A DNA stretch of 64,000 nt from an uncultured Bacillota bacterium (GCA_937876465.1 CALEHV010000019.1:24077-88076), one strand, 5' to 3'; positions 36,851 to 46,857 are shown, counted from the first letter of the stretch. A program made the numbers and translations. The notes: generated by a model from the sequence alone, not told the origin.

Positions 36851-39484
36851 TTAGAAGTCTTCATCGAACAACGATATTTGAGTGTACTCTTTTTCGTCTT
36901 CTTCTTTATTTTGTTTTGCCTCTTCCTCTATCTCGGTTTTAGCAACTTCTTCATCAATCTCATCTTTGACTAATTCTGGTTGAGAAATTTCTTTTGAAAC
37001 AATGTCTTTTGAAATGTATTCGTCGCCTTCGACAAACCCGATTTCAAGAGATAATTTTTTAGGCATTTCTAACATTGCTTTTGCATACTTATCAAGTGGC
37101 GTCACATGGTAGTCATCAACCTTAATTTCAACAATCTCTTTAAGATTATTTAACACTCTTAAGAGTGTTATTTCTTTACTAAGATCAAGTTTTTTAACAA
37201 ACACTAATGAGTGTGGTTCGCTCTTAAATGATTTAAATACTTCTGATGTTTTTCCAAGACGTTTTGTAATATTTGTATTACTAACATCATAGATTCTTAA
37301 ACATCCTTTATCGGTAACAAGAACGACTTTACCTTTTGTTGATTCAGAATCGTATGAAAGAACAGAAATAATATTAGCTTTTCCTAATTGAGAAACAGCC
37401 TTTACACCGCCTGAACGCATTCCACTGAGTGTTAATTCGTTTTCGTTGAATCCAAGCGAATTTCCATCACTTGTAAATAAGATAATATTTGAATTACCAT
37501 TTGTGAAAATAACATCAGCAACTTCATCGTTACTTAGAAGTTTCATGCAAGGTAATGGTTTTGAATATCTAACAACAGAGAAGTCACATAAACGTAAACG
37601 TTTAACTTGTCCGTGTTTGGAAGCAATTACAAAGAACAAACCTTCTTTAAACTCTTCTACGACGTATGCGCGCACTATTTTTTCATTAGGATTTAAATTA
37701 ACTAAGTAATTAATATGTTTTCCTTCATCTTTCCATTTGTTTTCTTGAATTTCGTGCATTGGAATATAAAGGAAATTACCTAAATTTGTAAAACAAACTA
37801 CATAATCTGTTGTGTTTGCTTTGCCTGAATAAACGCAAGCATCACCATCTTTCATTCCTGGTAGTGGGTTATCACCACTAGATTTGAAAGATTTAACAGA
37901 ACTGTATTTAACATAGCCATCTCTTGTAACAGCAAGCATAACTTCTTCCTTCATGATTAAGTCACGTTTGTCGATGGATGCACTACTAATTTCTTTTTCA
38001 ATAATTTGTGTTTTTCTATCGTGACCATATTTGTTAGCAATTGCTTTCAAATCTGAGCAAATAACACGATCAAGTTTCTTTCTATCAGTAAGAATTCCGT
38101 TTAATGTTTCGATTGTATTTTCAACTTCAACTTTTTCATTTATTAAAGTTGTTAAATCGGTATTAGTCAACTTATAAAGTTGAAGCATAACAATTGCTTC
38201 GCTTTGAGCTTCACTAAATCCGAACTTTTCTTGAATGTTTTTCTTAGCGTCTTGTTTGTCTTTTGAAGCACGAATAACTTCAACAACTTGATCTAGAATT
38301 GAGACAGCTTTGATAAGGCCATCAATGATTTCTAAACGAGATTTATTCTTCTTTAATTCGTAGTTACTGCGTCTTGTAATAACGTCTACTTGGTGCTCAA
38401 TATATGTATCAACAAAATCAAGCAAATTCATTGTTTTTGGGCGTCCATCAACAATAGCTACCATGTTTGCAGAATATGATGTTTTGAGACCAGTTTTGGT
38501 CATTAAATATTTGTAAATAATATCTACATTTGCATCTTTTTTAAGATCAATAGCAATTCTCATGCCTTCTTTGTCGGATTCATCTCTAACCTCAGCAATA
38601 CCATTAACTGTTTTGTTACGAACAAGCATATCTAGTTCTTTAACTAAGTTAATTTTTACTGTTTTATAAGGAATTTCTGTAACAATAATTTGCTTTTCGT
38701 TCTTATTTGTAACAATTTCTGTTTTTGCTGCAACTTCAATACGGCCTCTACCTGTTAAATAGATATCTTCAAGTCCTTTTGACTTATAAATATATCCACC
38801 ACTTGGAAAATCTGGGCCTTTCACAAATTGCATCAAATCAAGAGGTTCAACTCTGACGTGATTGATACGATAAATGATTGCATCAACCACTTCTCTAAGG
38901 TTATGAGTTGGTATTTCAGTTGCTAATGCAACTGCGATACCTTCAGTACCATTAACTAAAAGGTTAGGAAATCTTGCCGGCATAACAACTGGTTCGAAGT
39001 CTGTATCATCGAAAGTTAATGCCATTTCAACTGTATCTTTATCAATATCTCTGACCATTTCTTCAGCAATTTGAGAAAGTCTTGCTTCAGTATAACGATA
39101 AGCGGCTGGTGGGTCATTATCGACAGAACCATTATTACCTTGGAAATCAATTAAGCAGTTATTGTTTTTCCAATCTTGGGACATACGAACAAGTGCTTCG
39201 TAAATAGAACTATCACCATGAGGGTGATATTTGCCCATAACTTCACCAACGGTATGAGCGCATTTTCTTGTTGGACGAGTAAAAATATTGCCTGTTTTGT
39301 ACATCGAATAAACAATACGTCTTTGAACAGGTTTCAAACCATCTCTAGCATCTGGAATTGCACGATCTTGAATGACATATTTTGCATATGTTGCATAACG
39401 TGATCCCATGATACTTTCAACGGTTTCGTTGTGTATATTTTCTGGAATTTCAAATTCGAGGATTTGTTGTTGTTTTTTTGCCAT
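36851..39484 (-). CDS. parC: Type II topoisomerase A subunit, most likely topoisomerase IV ParC
   Basis: GyrA/ParC catalytic core (AAMRYTE-like region, active-site Tyr context). No QRRGGKG GyrA-box was seen. Acidic C-terminal tail. Neighbours are plsY and yneF, as in the B. subtilis parEC locus. Confidence 0.7.
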   Translation of the reverse strand: MAKKQQQILEFEIPENIHNETVESIMGSRYATYAKYVIQDRAIPDARDGLKPVQRRIVYSMYKTGNIFTRPTRKCAHTVGEVMGKYHPHGDSSIYEALVRMSQDWKNNNCLIDFQGNNGSVDNDPPAAYRYTEARLSQIAEEMVRDIDKDTVEMALTFDDTDFEPVVMPARFPNLLVNGTEGIAVALATEIPTHNLREVVDAIIYRINHVRVEPLDLMQFVKGPDFPSGGYIYKSKGLEDIYLTGRGRIEVAAKTEIVTNKNEKQIIVTEIPYKTVKINLVKELDMLVRNKTVNGIAEVRDESDKEGMRIAIDLKKDANVDIIYKYLMTKTGLKTSYSANMVAIVDGRPKTMNLLDFVDTYIEHQVDVITRRSNYELKKNKSRLEIIDGLIKAVSILDQVVEVIRASKDKQDAKKNIQEKFGFSEAQSEAIVMLQLYKLTNTDLTTLINEKVEVENTIETLNGILTDRKKLDRVICSDLKAIANKYGHDRKTQIIEKEISSASIDKRDLIMKEEVMLAVTRDGYVKYSSVKSFKSSGDNPLPGMKDGDACVYSGKANTTDYVVCFTNLGNFLYIPMHEIQENKWKDEGKHINYLVNLNPNEKIVRAYVVEEFKEGLFFVIASKHGQVKRLRLCDFSVVRYSKPLPCMKLLSNDEVADVIFTNGNSNIILFTSDGNSLGFNENELTLSGMRSGGVKAVSQLGKANIISVLSYDSESTKGKVVLVTDKGCLRIYDVSNTNITKRLGKTSEVFKSFKSEPHSLVFVKKLDLSKEITLLRVLNNLKEIVEIKVDDYHVTPLDKYAKAMLEMPKKLSLEIGFVEGDEYISKDIVSKEISQPELVKDEIDEEVAKTEIEEEAKQNKEEDEKEYTQISLFDEDF

Positions 39485-39485
39485 A

Positions 39486-41459
39486 TTATTTCACCTCGTC
39501 TATAAAGCTGTCAACTTCTTTGAAGTTGACATTTTCTTCAACCCATTGTCTTCTGATAACTGTATCGTCACCCATTAAAATTGATATTTCTGAAGCTGCT
39601 TTTACAGGGTCTTCAATGGTTACTTTGCAAAGTAATCTTTTTGCTGGATCCATAGTGGATTCCCATAGCTGATTTTCATCCATTTCGCCAAGACCTTTAT
39701 ATCGTGAAACACGATATCCTGCACCGATTTTTTTCTTTGCATTTTCAAGACCTTCATCATCCCAAGCATATTCATAAACAAGTTTATGATTTACTTCTTT
39801 TGCAACACGATAAAGAGGTGGCATTGCAACGAATAATTTGCCTTTCAAAATGAGAGGTTTCATGAAATTGTAGAAAAATGTTATCAATAAAGTTTGAATA
39901 TGTGCACCATCAGTATCAGCATCAGTCATAATAATAACTTTTCCATAATGCGAATTATCCGCATTAAAGTCTTCGCCATAACCTGCCCCGATTGTATTAA
40001 TGATGGTTGCAAATTCTTCATTTTTTAACATTCTGTCAACACTAACAGAATCTGTATTTAATGGTTTACCACGTAGTGGTAATATTGCTTGGAAAAGACG
40101 ATTGCGTCCTTTTCTCGCAGTTCCTCCAGCTGATTCACCTTCAACGATAAAAAGTTCGTTATGATCATAGTCTTTTGATTGAGCTGGGGTCAATTTATCC
40201 GATAGGATAAAATCGTTCTTTACCTTTTTGGAATTACGTATTTCATCCTTAGCTTTTCTTGCAGCAATACGTGCTGTTTGAGCATCTTGACATTTCTTAA
40301 TCAAATTAACAGCAAATTCTTTATGTTCGTTAAGATAATAACTAAAGTTATTATATAAGAAATTATTAATTATTGGTAAAGCCTCTGGGGTACCAAGTTT
40401 TTGCTTTGTTTGGCCTTCATATTCAAGTTTTGCTTCTGGAATTTTTAAAGAAATAATCGCAGTTAAACCTTCACGAATATCGCTACCTTCAAGTTTGACT
40501 TTGTTCTTTAAAAGGTTATTTTCTTCTGCATAATCGTTAACTGCTTTAGTAATACCTACTTTAAAACCACTTTCGTGTGTTCCGCCATCATGTGTTCTAA
40601 CATTATTTGCGTAAGAGTAGATATTTTCACCATAATCTTTCAAACAATATTGCATAGCAATATCGACTTTAATTCCGTCTTCGTTTCCTTCAAAACAAAT
40701 AACTTCTCCAAGTGCTTGTTTTTCTTTATTTTTTGCTTGAACGTATTCCTTAATACCTTCTTTATAGCAAAATTCACCTTTTTGTCCTGTTCTTTCATCA
40801 ATAACTACGAATTGAACACCTTTTAAAAGATAGGCACTTTCTTGTACGTGATCAGCAATCGTATCAAACTTATATTCTGTAGTTGAAAAGATTTTTGAAT
40901 CTGGTTTAAATCTTACTAATGTACCATGCTTCTTGGTATTACCAAGAACCTCTAATGGTACAGCTAACTTACCACCATTTTCAAAACGTAAATGATTAAT
41001 TTTTCCACCACGGAAAACGGTAATATCACAGTATTGAGAAAGAGCATTTGTAACACTACTTCCAACACCATGTAAACCTGCTGATGATTGATAAACTTTT
41101 GAAGAGAATTTACCACCAGAATGAAGCGTAGAGAAAATAAGTTGAACAGCTGGAATTCCTGTTTGTTTATGTATATCAACAGGTATGCCACGACCCTCAT
41201 CAAGGACTGACACAGACCCGTCTTTATGTATAGTAATGGTAACTATGTTACCATAACCATTTAAAGCTTCATCAACTGCATTATCTACAATCTCCCAAAC
41301 AAGGTGATGCAAACCAGTAGAATTTGTTGAGCCAATATACATGGCTGGACGCTTTCTAACACCTGCTAAACCTTCAAGGATTTCAATGTCTGCAGCCGAA
41401 TATTCTTTTTCGATTTTTTTGTTATCTAATTCTTCTGACATATTCATTTCTCTCTTCAA
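39486..41459 (-). CDS. parE: Type II topoisomerase B subunit, most likely ParE
   Basis: GHKL ATPase, transducer and Toprim domains (EGDSAGG). Assigned to topo IV from the plsY/yneF context. A gyrB identity cannot be excluded. Confidence 0.7.
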   Translation of the reverse strand: MKREMNMSEELDNKKIEKEYSAADIEILEGLAGVRKRPAMYIGSTNSTGLHHLVWEIVDNAVDEALNGYGNIVTITIHKDGSVSVLDEGRGIPVDIHKQTGIPAVQLIFSTLHSGGKFSSKVYQSSAGLHGVGSSVTNALSQYCDITVFRGGKINHLRFENGGKLAVPLEVLGNTKKHGTLVRFKPDSKIFSTTEYKFDTIADHVQESAYLLKGVQFVVIDERTGQKGEFCYKEGIKEYVQAKNKEKQALGEVICFEGNEDGIKVDIAMQYCLKDYGENIYSYANNVRTHDGGTHESGFKVGITKAVNDYAEENNLLKNKVKLEGSDIREGLTAIISLKIPEAKLEYEGQTKQKLGTPEALPIINNFLYNNFSYYLNEHKEFAVNLIKKCQDAQTARIAARKAKDEIRNSKKVKNDFILSDKLTPAQSKDYDHNELFIVEGESAGGTARKGRNRLFQAILPLRGKPLNTDSVSVDRMLKNEEFATIINTIGAGYGEDFNADNSHYGKVIIMTDADTDGAHIQTLLITFFYNFMKPLILKGKLFVAMPPLYRVAKEVNHKLVYEYAWDDEGLENAKKKIGAGYRVSRYKGLGEMDENQLWESTMDPAKRLLCKVTIEDPVKAASEISILMGDDTVIRRQWVEENVNFKEVDSFIDEVK

Positions 41460-41541
41460 ATTTTATTTGATTATAACAAGAAAATTGTTGAAAAGTAATG
41501 TACTTTTAAGTAATATCATTAAGGTTAATTGGAGAAAAAAT

Positions 41542-42282
41542 ATGGATATTATTTTATATAATATAATCATCGGATTTGTATCATTATTTATTGGATATAT
41601 TTTTGGTTCTATCCCTACTGGAGTCATCATTGGAAAGTTATTTTTCCATAAAGATCCACGTACTGAAGGAAGTAAAAATTCAGGTGGAACAAACGTAGGT
41701 AGATTATTTGGAAAAAAGGTCGGAGTTATCTGCATTTTGCTCGATATGTTAAAGACTGCAATACCAACAGTTGGTGTTTGGGCAATTTTAACATTTACAC
41801 CTTTGAATAACTTTGTTATTCAAAATACACAAAATGAAATATGGGATTTTCTCCAATTCTTTATCTTATTAGCTCCATTTGGTGCTACTTTAGGTCATTG
41901 TTGGCCAATTTTTGCTGGTTTTAAGGGTGGAAAAGCTGTCTCCGCATTCGCTGGTTTTGGTATTTCCACATGTTGGGTACTTGTAATTGCAGGCGTCACA
42001 ACCTTCTTTTCAACATTAAAAGCTAAGAAATTTGTATCACTCGCATCCATCATTACAGCAGTTGTCGCTTCAGTTGGAGCATGGGTTTTAGCAATCTTGA
42101 AAATCTATGTTCCTTTAAACGAAATCGACATCGTTATGTGGGGTGCTGGATCCTTCACAAAAGTCAGCATTGAATATGCATCAATTATGAGTGTCATTGC
42201 AATCATCTTAATTATTCGTCACAAGCCAAATATTGTTCGCTTAGCTAAAGGTGAAGAGAATAAGATTAAATGGATGAAATAA
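41542..42282 (+). CDS. plsY: Glycerol-3-phosphate acyltransferase PlsY
   Basis: GSIPTGVIIGK and SKNSGGTNVGR motifs. GGAGA RBS. The track ORF has a spurious N-terminal extension. Confidence 0.85.
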   Translation: MDIILYNIIIGFVSLFIGYIFGSIPTGVIIGKLFFHKDPRTEGSKNSGGTNVGRLFGKKVGVICILLDMLKTAIPTVGVWAILTFTPLNNFVIQNTQNEIWDFLQFFILLAPFGATLGHCWPIFAGFKGGKAVSAFAGFGISTCWVLVIAGVTTFFSTLKAKKFVSLASIITAVVASVGAWVLAILKIYVPLNEIDIVMWGAGSFTKVSIEYASIMSVIAIILIIRHKPNIVRLAKGEENKIKWMK

Positions 42283-42283
42283 T

Positions 42284-42310
42284 AGTAGTTTATTAGTAGT
42301 AATTTAGTAG
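42284..42310. repeat. TAGTAG units (3 copies) at 10-11 bp period just after the plsY stop
   Basis: TAGTAG at 42284, 42294 and 42305. Confidence 0.5.
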
Positions 42311-42331
42311 ATTTTAGACCTGTTGATAATT

Positions 42332-42384
42332 AGTCCACGTCATCAAAATTAGTCAAAAAAGTTTCGATGATATGGACTTTTTTA
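42332..42384 (+). terminator. Distal terminator of plsY
   Basis: AGTCCACGTCATC...GATGATATGGACT 13-bp stem (2 mismatches) plus TTTTTT. Confidence 0.45.
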
Positions 42385-42600
42385 ATTGACGTTTTTATTC
42401 CTTCACTTATATACAGCCTCAAAAATAGGTACTTTGATTTTTATCACTTCACCACTGCCCCTTTTTAGACGGGGAATCACTTCTTGTGAGTAATTCCTTA
42501 GCCTAACGAAATTCGGCCCGAAATAGGCTTGTTTATGCAAGAATTTATTTCTCGGTTTTCCACCACTTTTTTGCGTTAGGTTTTCTCAAAAATTGAGCAA

Positions 42601-42627
42601 CAAAAAAGCGCCGATTTCTCGACGCTA
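42601..42627 (-). terminator. Terminator downstream of yneF
   Basis: AGCGCCGA-TTTC-TCGACGCT hairpin preceded by an A-run on the plus strand. Confidence 0.5.
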
Positions 42628-42646
42628 ATTTGAACTAATTTTCAGC

Positions 42647-42871
42647 TTATTGACCACGCTTCATTGAGTTCATAACCGCTCTGACTTGTGCTTCAGATGG
42701 TTTACGACCCATTTGCATGAACATAGCCCTGATCATCTTTTCATTAATTGGTGGGTTTTTTCTTAATTGCTCTTTGAAGAACCAACGAGCAAGGAAGAAT
42801 GCGCCAATACCTGCAGCTAATGCAATACCAATTAATATTAAGACGAATTGCCAGATTTCCATTTGCATCAT
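42647..42871 (-). CDS. yneF: UPF0154 family small membrane protein (YneF-like)
   Basis: Single TM followed by the KNPPINEKMIRAMFMQMGRKPSE block, which resembles B. subtilis YneF as I recall that sequence. Confidence 0.7.
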   Translation of the reverse strand: MMQMEIWQFVLILIGIALAAGIGAFFLARWFFKEQLRKNPPINEKMIRAMFMQMGRKPSEAQVRAVMNSMKRGQ

Positions 42872-42884
42872 AATAGTTTACCTA

Positions 42885-43445
42885 TTATTTATTTGCACGG
42901 CCGTCGTAATCGCCTGTATCAGTACGTACAAGAACTGTTTCACCATTTTCAATGAATAGTGGGACTTTAAGTTTGTAGCCTGTTTCAACGGTTGCAACCT
43001 TCATAGCCTTGTTAACTGTATCTCCACGAACAGCTGGTTCGCAGTCAGTGATTTGAAGGGCTACGCTTGATGGAAGTGTAATACCAAGGATTTCCTCTTC
43101 ATAGAAGAGAACATCGATTTCTGCATTTGAAATAAGGAAGTTCATTTCCCATTCGAGACGTGATTTTTGAATTTCAATTTGTTCATATGTTGAATTATCC
43201 ATAAATACAAGTGTTTCACCTGCATCATAGAGATAAGCCATTTTCTTTTTAGAAAGAACTGCTTTTTCAACATCGTAACCAGAGTTTCTAGCAATTTCAA
43301 TGATTGCACCTGTTCTTAAGTTTTTTGCTTTTACCTTAGCAACCATCTTTCTCATGGCTGTCTTGTTTAATAAGATATCCATGACTTGATAAAGGTTACC
43401 TTCATCAATGAAATAGTTTCCTGGTCTTAATTCAGTAACGTTCAT
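42885..43445 (-). CDS. efp: Elongation factor P
   Basis: 186 aa with KPGKG-like loop region and three OB-domain architecture. Confidence 0.95.
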   Translation of the reverse strand: MNVTELRPGNYFIDEGNLYQVMDILLNKTAMRKMVAKVKAKNLRTGAIIEIARNSGYDVEKAVLSKKKMAYLYDAGETLVFMDNSTYEQIEIQKSRLEWEMNFLISNAEIDVLFYEEEILGITLPSSVALQITDCEPAVRGDTVNKAMKVATVETGYKLKVPLFIENGETVLVRTDTGDYDGRANK

Positions 43446-43471
43446 TTATTTTTCCTCCTATAGCAATATCA

Positions 43472-44119
43472 CTAAAGTGATAAATTTCGTAAATAACTGT
43501 TATATTTAATTTCTCTTTCAAGTTTTGTAGCAACGCCATGGCCTGGATAAACACGAGTATCTATAGTAAGTTTGATAAGCTTTTTCAAACTTGATTCCAC
43601 TGTTTTGTTAGAACCAGATGGTAAATCGGTTCTGCCAATAGTTGTATAGAATAGGGTGTCTCCTGAGAACAACATTTTCTCAGATGCTACATAGTAGCAG
43701 CAGCTACCTTTTGTGTGAAATGGAGTTTTAATCATTTGAACTTTAAATCCACAAACTTCAAACTCTTCATAATCTGTTAACAATTTATAATTGTTTGGTA
43801 GAAAATCAATAATTTTACCAAACCATGCTTTTTCAAAAAATGTTAAATTGAGTTTTGGATTAGTAAGTTCATCTAAGCAATCTTCATTTAAGAATAAGAC
43901 GGCATTTGGAAATACTTCGAAGATATCTTCTAATGCGGCCATATGGTCAAAATGACCATGAGTTAATAAAATTGCTTTGATATCAACTGCCAATTTTTTG
44001 ATATGCTCGATTAGACAGTTATTTACGTTATATCCAGGATCAATTAAGATTGCTTCTTTATTCTCATTGAAAAGAATATAAGAATTGCAAGCTTTCCTTG
44101 ATATGAACTGATCGAACAT
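43472..44119 (-). CDS. MBL-fold metallo-hydrolase
   Basis: THGHFDH metal-binding motif. Confidence 0.75.
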   Translation of the reverse strand: MFDQFISRKACNSYILFNENKEAILIDPGYNVNNCLIEHIKKLAVDIKAILLTHGHFDHMAALEDIFEVFPNAVLFLNEDCLDELTNPKLNLTFFEKAWFGKIIDFLPNNYKLLTDYEEFEVCGFKVQMIKTPFHTKGSCCYYVASEKMLFSGDTLFYTTIGRTDLPSGSNKTVESSLKKLIKLTIDTRVYPGHGVATKLEREIKYNSYLRNLSL

Positions 44120-44126
44120 TCAAAAT

Positions 44127-44150
44127 ACGAAAAATAAGGATATTATCCTT
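44127..44150 (-). terminator. Terminator downstream of rpmG
   Basis: Palindromic AAGGATAT/ATATCCTT hairpin with flanking T-run on the minus strand. Confidence 0.5.
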
Positions 44151-44151
44151 A

Positions 44152-44301
44152 TTATTTCTTCTCCTTATGCAATGTTTTTTGTTTGCATACCTTGCAGTAC
44201 TTCTTTGTTTCAAGTCTGTCAGGATGTTCTTTTTTGTTCTTTGATGTGATGTAGTTTTCTTCACCACAGACAGTACATTTTAAGATAATGTTATCACGCA
44301 T
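44152..44301 (-). CDS. rpmG: 50S ribosomal protein L33 (49 aa; below the ORF-track length cutoff)
   Basis: Manual translation gives [49 protein letters not shown]. CxxC...CxxC zinc ribbon and an AGGAG RBS. Confidence 0.85.
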   Translation of the reverse strand: MRDNIILKCTVCGEENYITSKNKKEHPDRLETKKYCKVCKQKTLHKEKK

Positions 44302-44392
44302 AAACGAAACTCCTTTCGATTTTTAAGCAAGTAAGATAATAACACAAGCAAAAAAAGATATCTACTACATATTTATTATGTATAATTAAAAT

Positions 44393-45457
44393 ATGTCGAT
44401 TATGATACCAAGAGAACAAACTAAGAAAATTGCCATTGGCAATATAACAATAGGTGGATCAAATAAAGTTTTGATTCAATCTATGTGCAACATTAAAACT
44501 GAAAAATATGAAGATGTTGCAGCTCAAATTAATCGTTGCGAGAAACTCGGAGCAGATTTAATGCGTGTTTCAGTTTTAGATGAAAACGATGCACGTGCAA
44601 TCAAAGAAATTAAGAAGTTAATTAATATACCTTTAATTGCTGATATTCACTTTGACTATCGCTTAGCGATAGAATCAATCAATTCTGGAGCAGACGCTGT
44701 TAGACTAAATCCTGGAAATATTGGATCAGAAGATAATGTCAAAAAGGTTGTTGAATTATGCAAAGAAAAGCATATTCCAATTCGAATTGGCGTTAATTCA
44801 GGATCAATGGATAAAAAGATTAACAACAACACAGATCACGTTAAATCAAACGAACTTATCGCTTCTGCAAAAAGTATGATTAAAATACTTGAAGATCTCG
44901 ATTTCTACGATATTGTAATTTCCTTAAAAGGAAGCGATGCTATCGAAACAATTGAAGCATATGAACTTGCAAGTAAAGAATTCAAATACCCATTACATCT
45001 TGGAATCACTGAAGCTGGTCCTAAGGATGTTGGGCTTATCAGAAGTGTTGCCGGTCTTGCTCCAATACTTTTACAAGGCATCGGAGATACGATTCGTATC
45101 TCATTAAGCGATGATCCTGAAGAAGAAGTTCGTGCTTGTCGTAGACTTCTCAAGGACTTAAAAATAAGAACCGATTATCCTAATTTAATTTCTTGCCCAA
45201 CATGTGGAAGGACTCAAGTTAATCTTGTGCCTCTCGCAAAGCGAGTTGCTTCATGGCTTGAAGAAAATCACATTAATAAAACAGTTGCAATTATGGGCTG
45301 TATAGTTAATGGGCCAGGCGAAGCTAAACGTGCAGATATTGGCTGTGCTGGAGGCAAAGGCGTTTGGGTTATATTCAAGAAAGAAGAAATAATTAAACAA
45401 GTCAAAGATTCAGAAATATTTGATGAATTAACTAAAGAAATTCTGAAATTAAAGTAA
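44393..45457 (+). CDS. ispG: HMBPP synthase IspG (GcpE)
   Basis: TIM-barrel N-domain and C-terminal [4Fe-4S] Cys triad (CPTCGRT...GCIVNGPGE). TGTATAAT lies 6 nt upstream of the ATG. Confidence 0.95.
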   Translation: MSIMIPREQTKKIAIGNITIGGSNKVLIQSMCNIKTEKYEDVAAQINRCEKLGADLMRVSVLDENDARAIKEIKKLINIPLIADIHFDYRLAIESINSGADAVRLNPGNIGSEDNVKKVVELCKEKHIPIRIGVNSGSMDKKINNNTDHVKSNELIASAKSMIKILEDLDFYDIVISLKGSDAIETIEAYELASKEFKYPLHLGITEAGPKDVGLIRSVAGLAPILLQGIGDTIRISLSDDPEEEVRACRRLLKDLKIRTDYPNLISCPTCGRTQVNLVPLAKRVASWLEENHINKTVAIMGCIVNGPGEAKRADIGCAGGKGVWVIFKKEEIIKQVKDSEIFDELTKEILKLK

Positions 45458-45460
45458 AAG

Positions 45461-45490
45461 AAAGGGACTCAATTGAGTCCCTGTTTTTAT
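45461..45490. terminator. Bidirectional terminator between ispG and the aminopeptidase gene
   Basis: AGGGACTCAATTGAGTCCCT perfect hairpin plus TTTTT. Confidence 0.65.
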
Positions 45491-46857
45491 TAAATATTTT
45501 TAATAAATGACATGTATGCTCTATAAGCTTCATATAAATCTGCTTTAGAAATAATTTCCATTGGAGCATGCATATTTAAGACTGCTAATCCTGCATCGAT
45601 AACATACATGTTATAGTTGCCTAAGATATAAGCAATTGTTCCGCCGCCGCCTTGGTCAACTTTTCCAAGTTCGCTTGTTTGATAGAAACATTTATCGTCA
45701 TCTAAAACTTTACGAATTGATGCAAAGAATTCTGGAGCAGCATCGTTTGCGCCTGATTTCCCACGTGCACCTGTGTACTTGTTGAAACAAACTCCGTTTC
45801 CTAAGTATGCTGCGTTCTTTGAATCATTAACTCCTGCATATAATGGATCAAAACCTGCAGAGACATCACTAGACAACATCTTTGTACCTTCTAATGCTTT
45901 TCTGAGTTTTAAATCATTATATGATTCTTGTTTTGAAATCAATTCTGCAATAACGTTTTCAAACCACATTGATTGTGCACCTGTTGCACCAACTGAACCA
46001 ATTTCTTCTTTATCTACGCAGACTGCACATGTTGTATATGCGCACTTACCTGCATCAATAACTGCTTCTAAAGAAGTATAAGCACAGCATCTATCATCGT
46101 GACCATAGCCTGCAACCATTGAACGATCTAAGCCATAATCTCTTGCATCACCAGCTGGAACAACTTCGATTTCTGCTGATAAGAAGTCTTCTTCTTCGAT
46201 ACCGTATTTATCTTTTAAGATCTTTAATACATTAGCTTTAACTGCTTCATTTTCTGCTCCGTTAAGTGGCATTGAGCCAACAGTAACATCGAGAGATTCA
46301 CCTTCAATTGCTTTAGCCAATGGCTTTGCCATTTGGTCTGCTGATAAGTGAATTAATAAGTCTGAAATACCAACAACTGGATCTTTTGGATCATCACCAA
46401 TTTGAACATTTACAACTGTGCCATCTTTTAAGCAAACAACACCATATAAAGCTAAAGGTATTGTGACCCATTGATATTTTTTGATACCGCCATAGTAGTG
46501 TGTATCTAATAATGCATAACCATGATCTTCATATAAAGGATTTTGCTTTAAATCAAGTCTTGGTGAGTCAATGTGTGCACCTAAAACTCTTAATCCTTCA
46601 GAGACCTTGTGATCACCAATAACAAATAAAGCAATATTTTTGCCTTTGTTAATAGCGTAGACTTTGTCTCCTGCTTTTAAGCTCTTGTAAGAATCAATAT
46701 TTTTGAAGCCTTTTGCTTCTGCTTCTTTTTGAGCTAATTTGACTGCTTCTCTTTCAGTTTTGCCCTTGGAAATAAAGGCTTTATAGCCTTCTGCAAAGTC
46801 CATAACCTTTTTAAGAGAGGCTTTGTTATAACTTTTCCATGCGTTTTGTGAATACAT
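45490..46857 (-). CDS. M18-family aminopeptidase
   Basis: Zn-binding His/Asp/Glu blocks typical of aspartyl aminopeptidase-like enzymes. Start set at MYSQNAW with a GGAGG RBS. The track ORF extends upstream. Confidence 0.7.
   Translation of the reverse strand: MYSQNAWKSYNKASLKKVMDFAEGYKAFISKGKTEREAVKLAQKEAEAKGFKNIDSYKSLKAGDKVYAINKGKNIALFVIGDHKVSEGLRVLGAHIDSPRLDLKQNPLYEDHGYALLDTHYYGGIKKYQWVTIPLALYGVVCLKDGTVVNVQIGDDPKDPVVGISDLLIHLSADQMAKPLAKAIEGESLDVTVGSMPLNGAENEAVKANVLKILKDKYGIEEEDFLSAEIEVVPAGDARDYGLDRSMVAGYGHDDRCCAYTSLEAVIDAGKCAYTTCAVCVDKEEIGSVGATGAQSMWFENVIAELISKQESYNDLKLRKALEGTKMLSSDVSAGFDPLYAGVNDSKNAAYLGNGVCFNKYTGARGKSGANDAAPEFFASIRKVLDDDKCFYQTSELGKVDQGGGGTIAYILGNYNMYVIDAGLAVLNMHAPMEIISKADLYEAYRAYMSFIKNI

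Noticed and set aside
44064-44267. 67-aa ORF from the track on the minus strand
   Set aside because: It overlaps the genuine L33 gene (44152-44301) in a different frame and has no RBS. It is an artefact of an AT-rich, Lys-rich reading.
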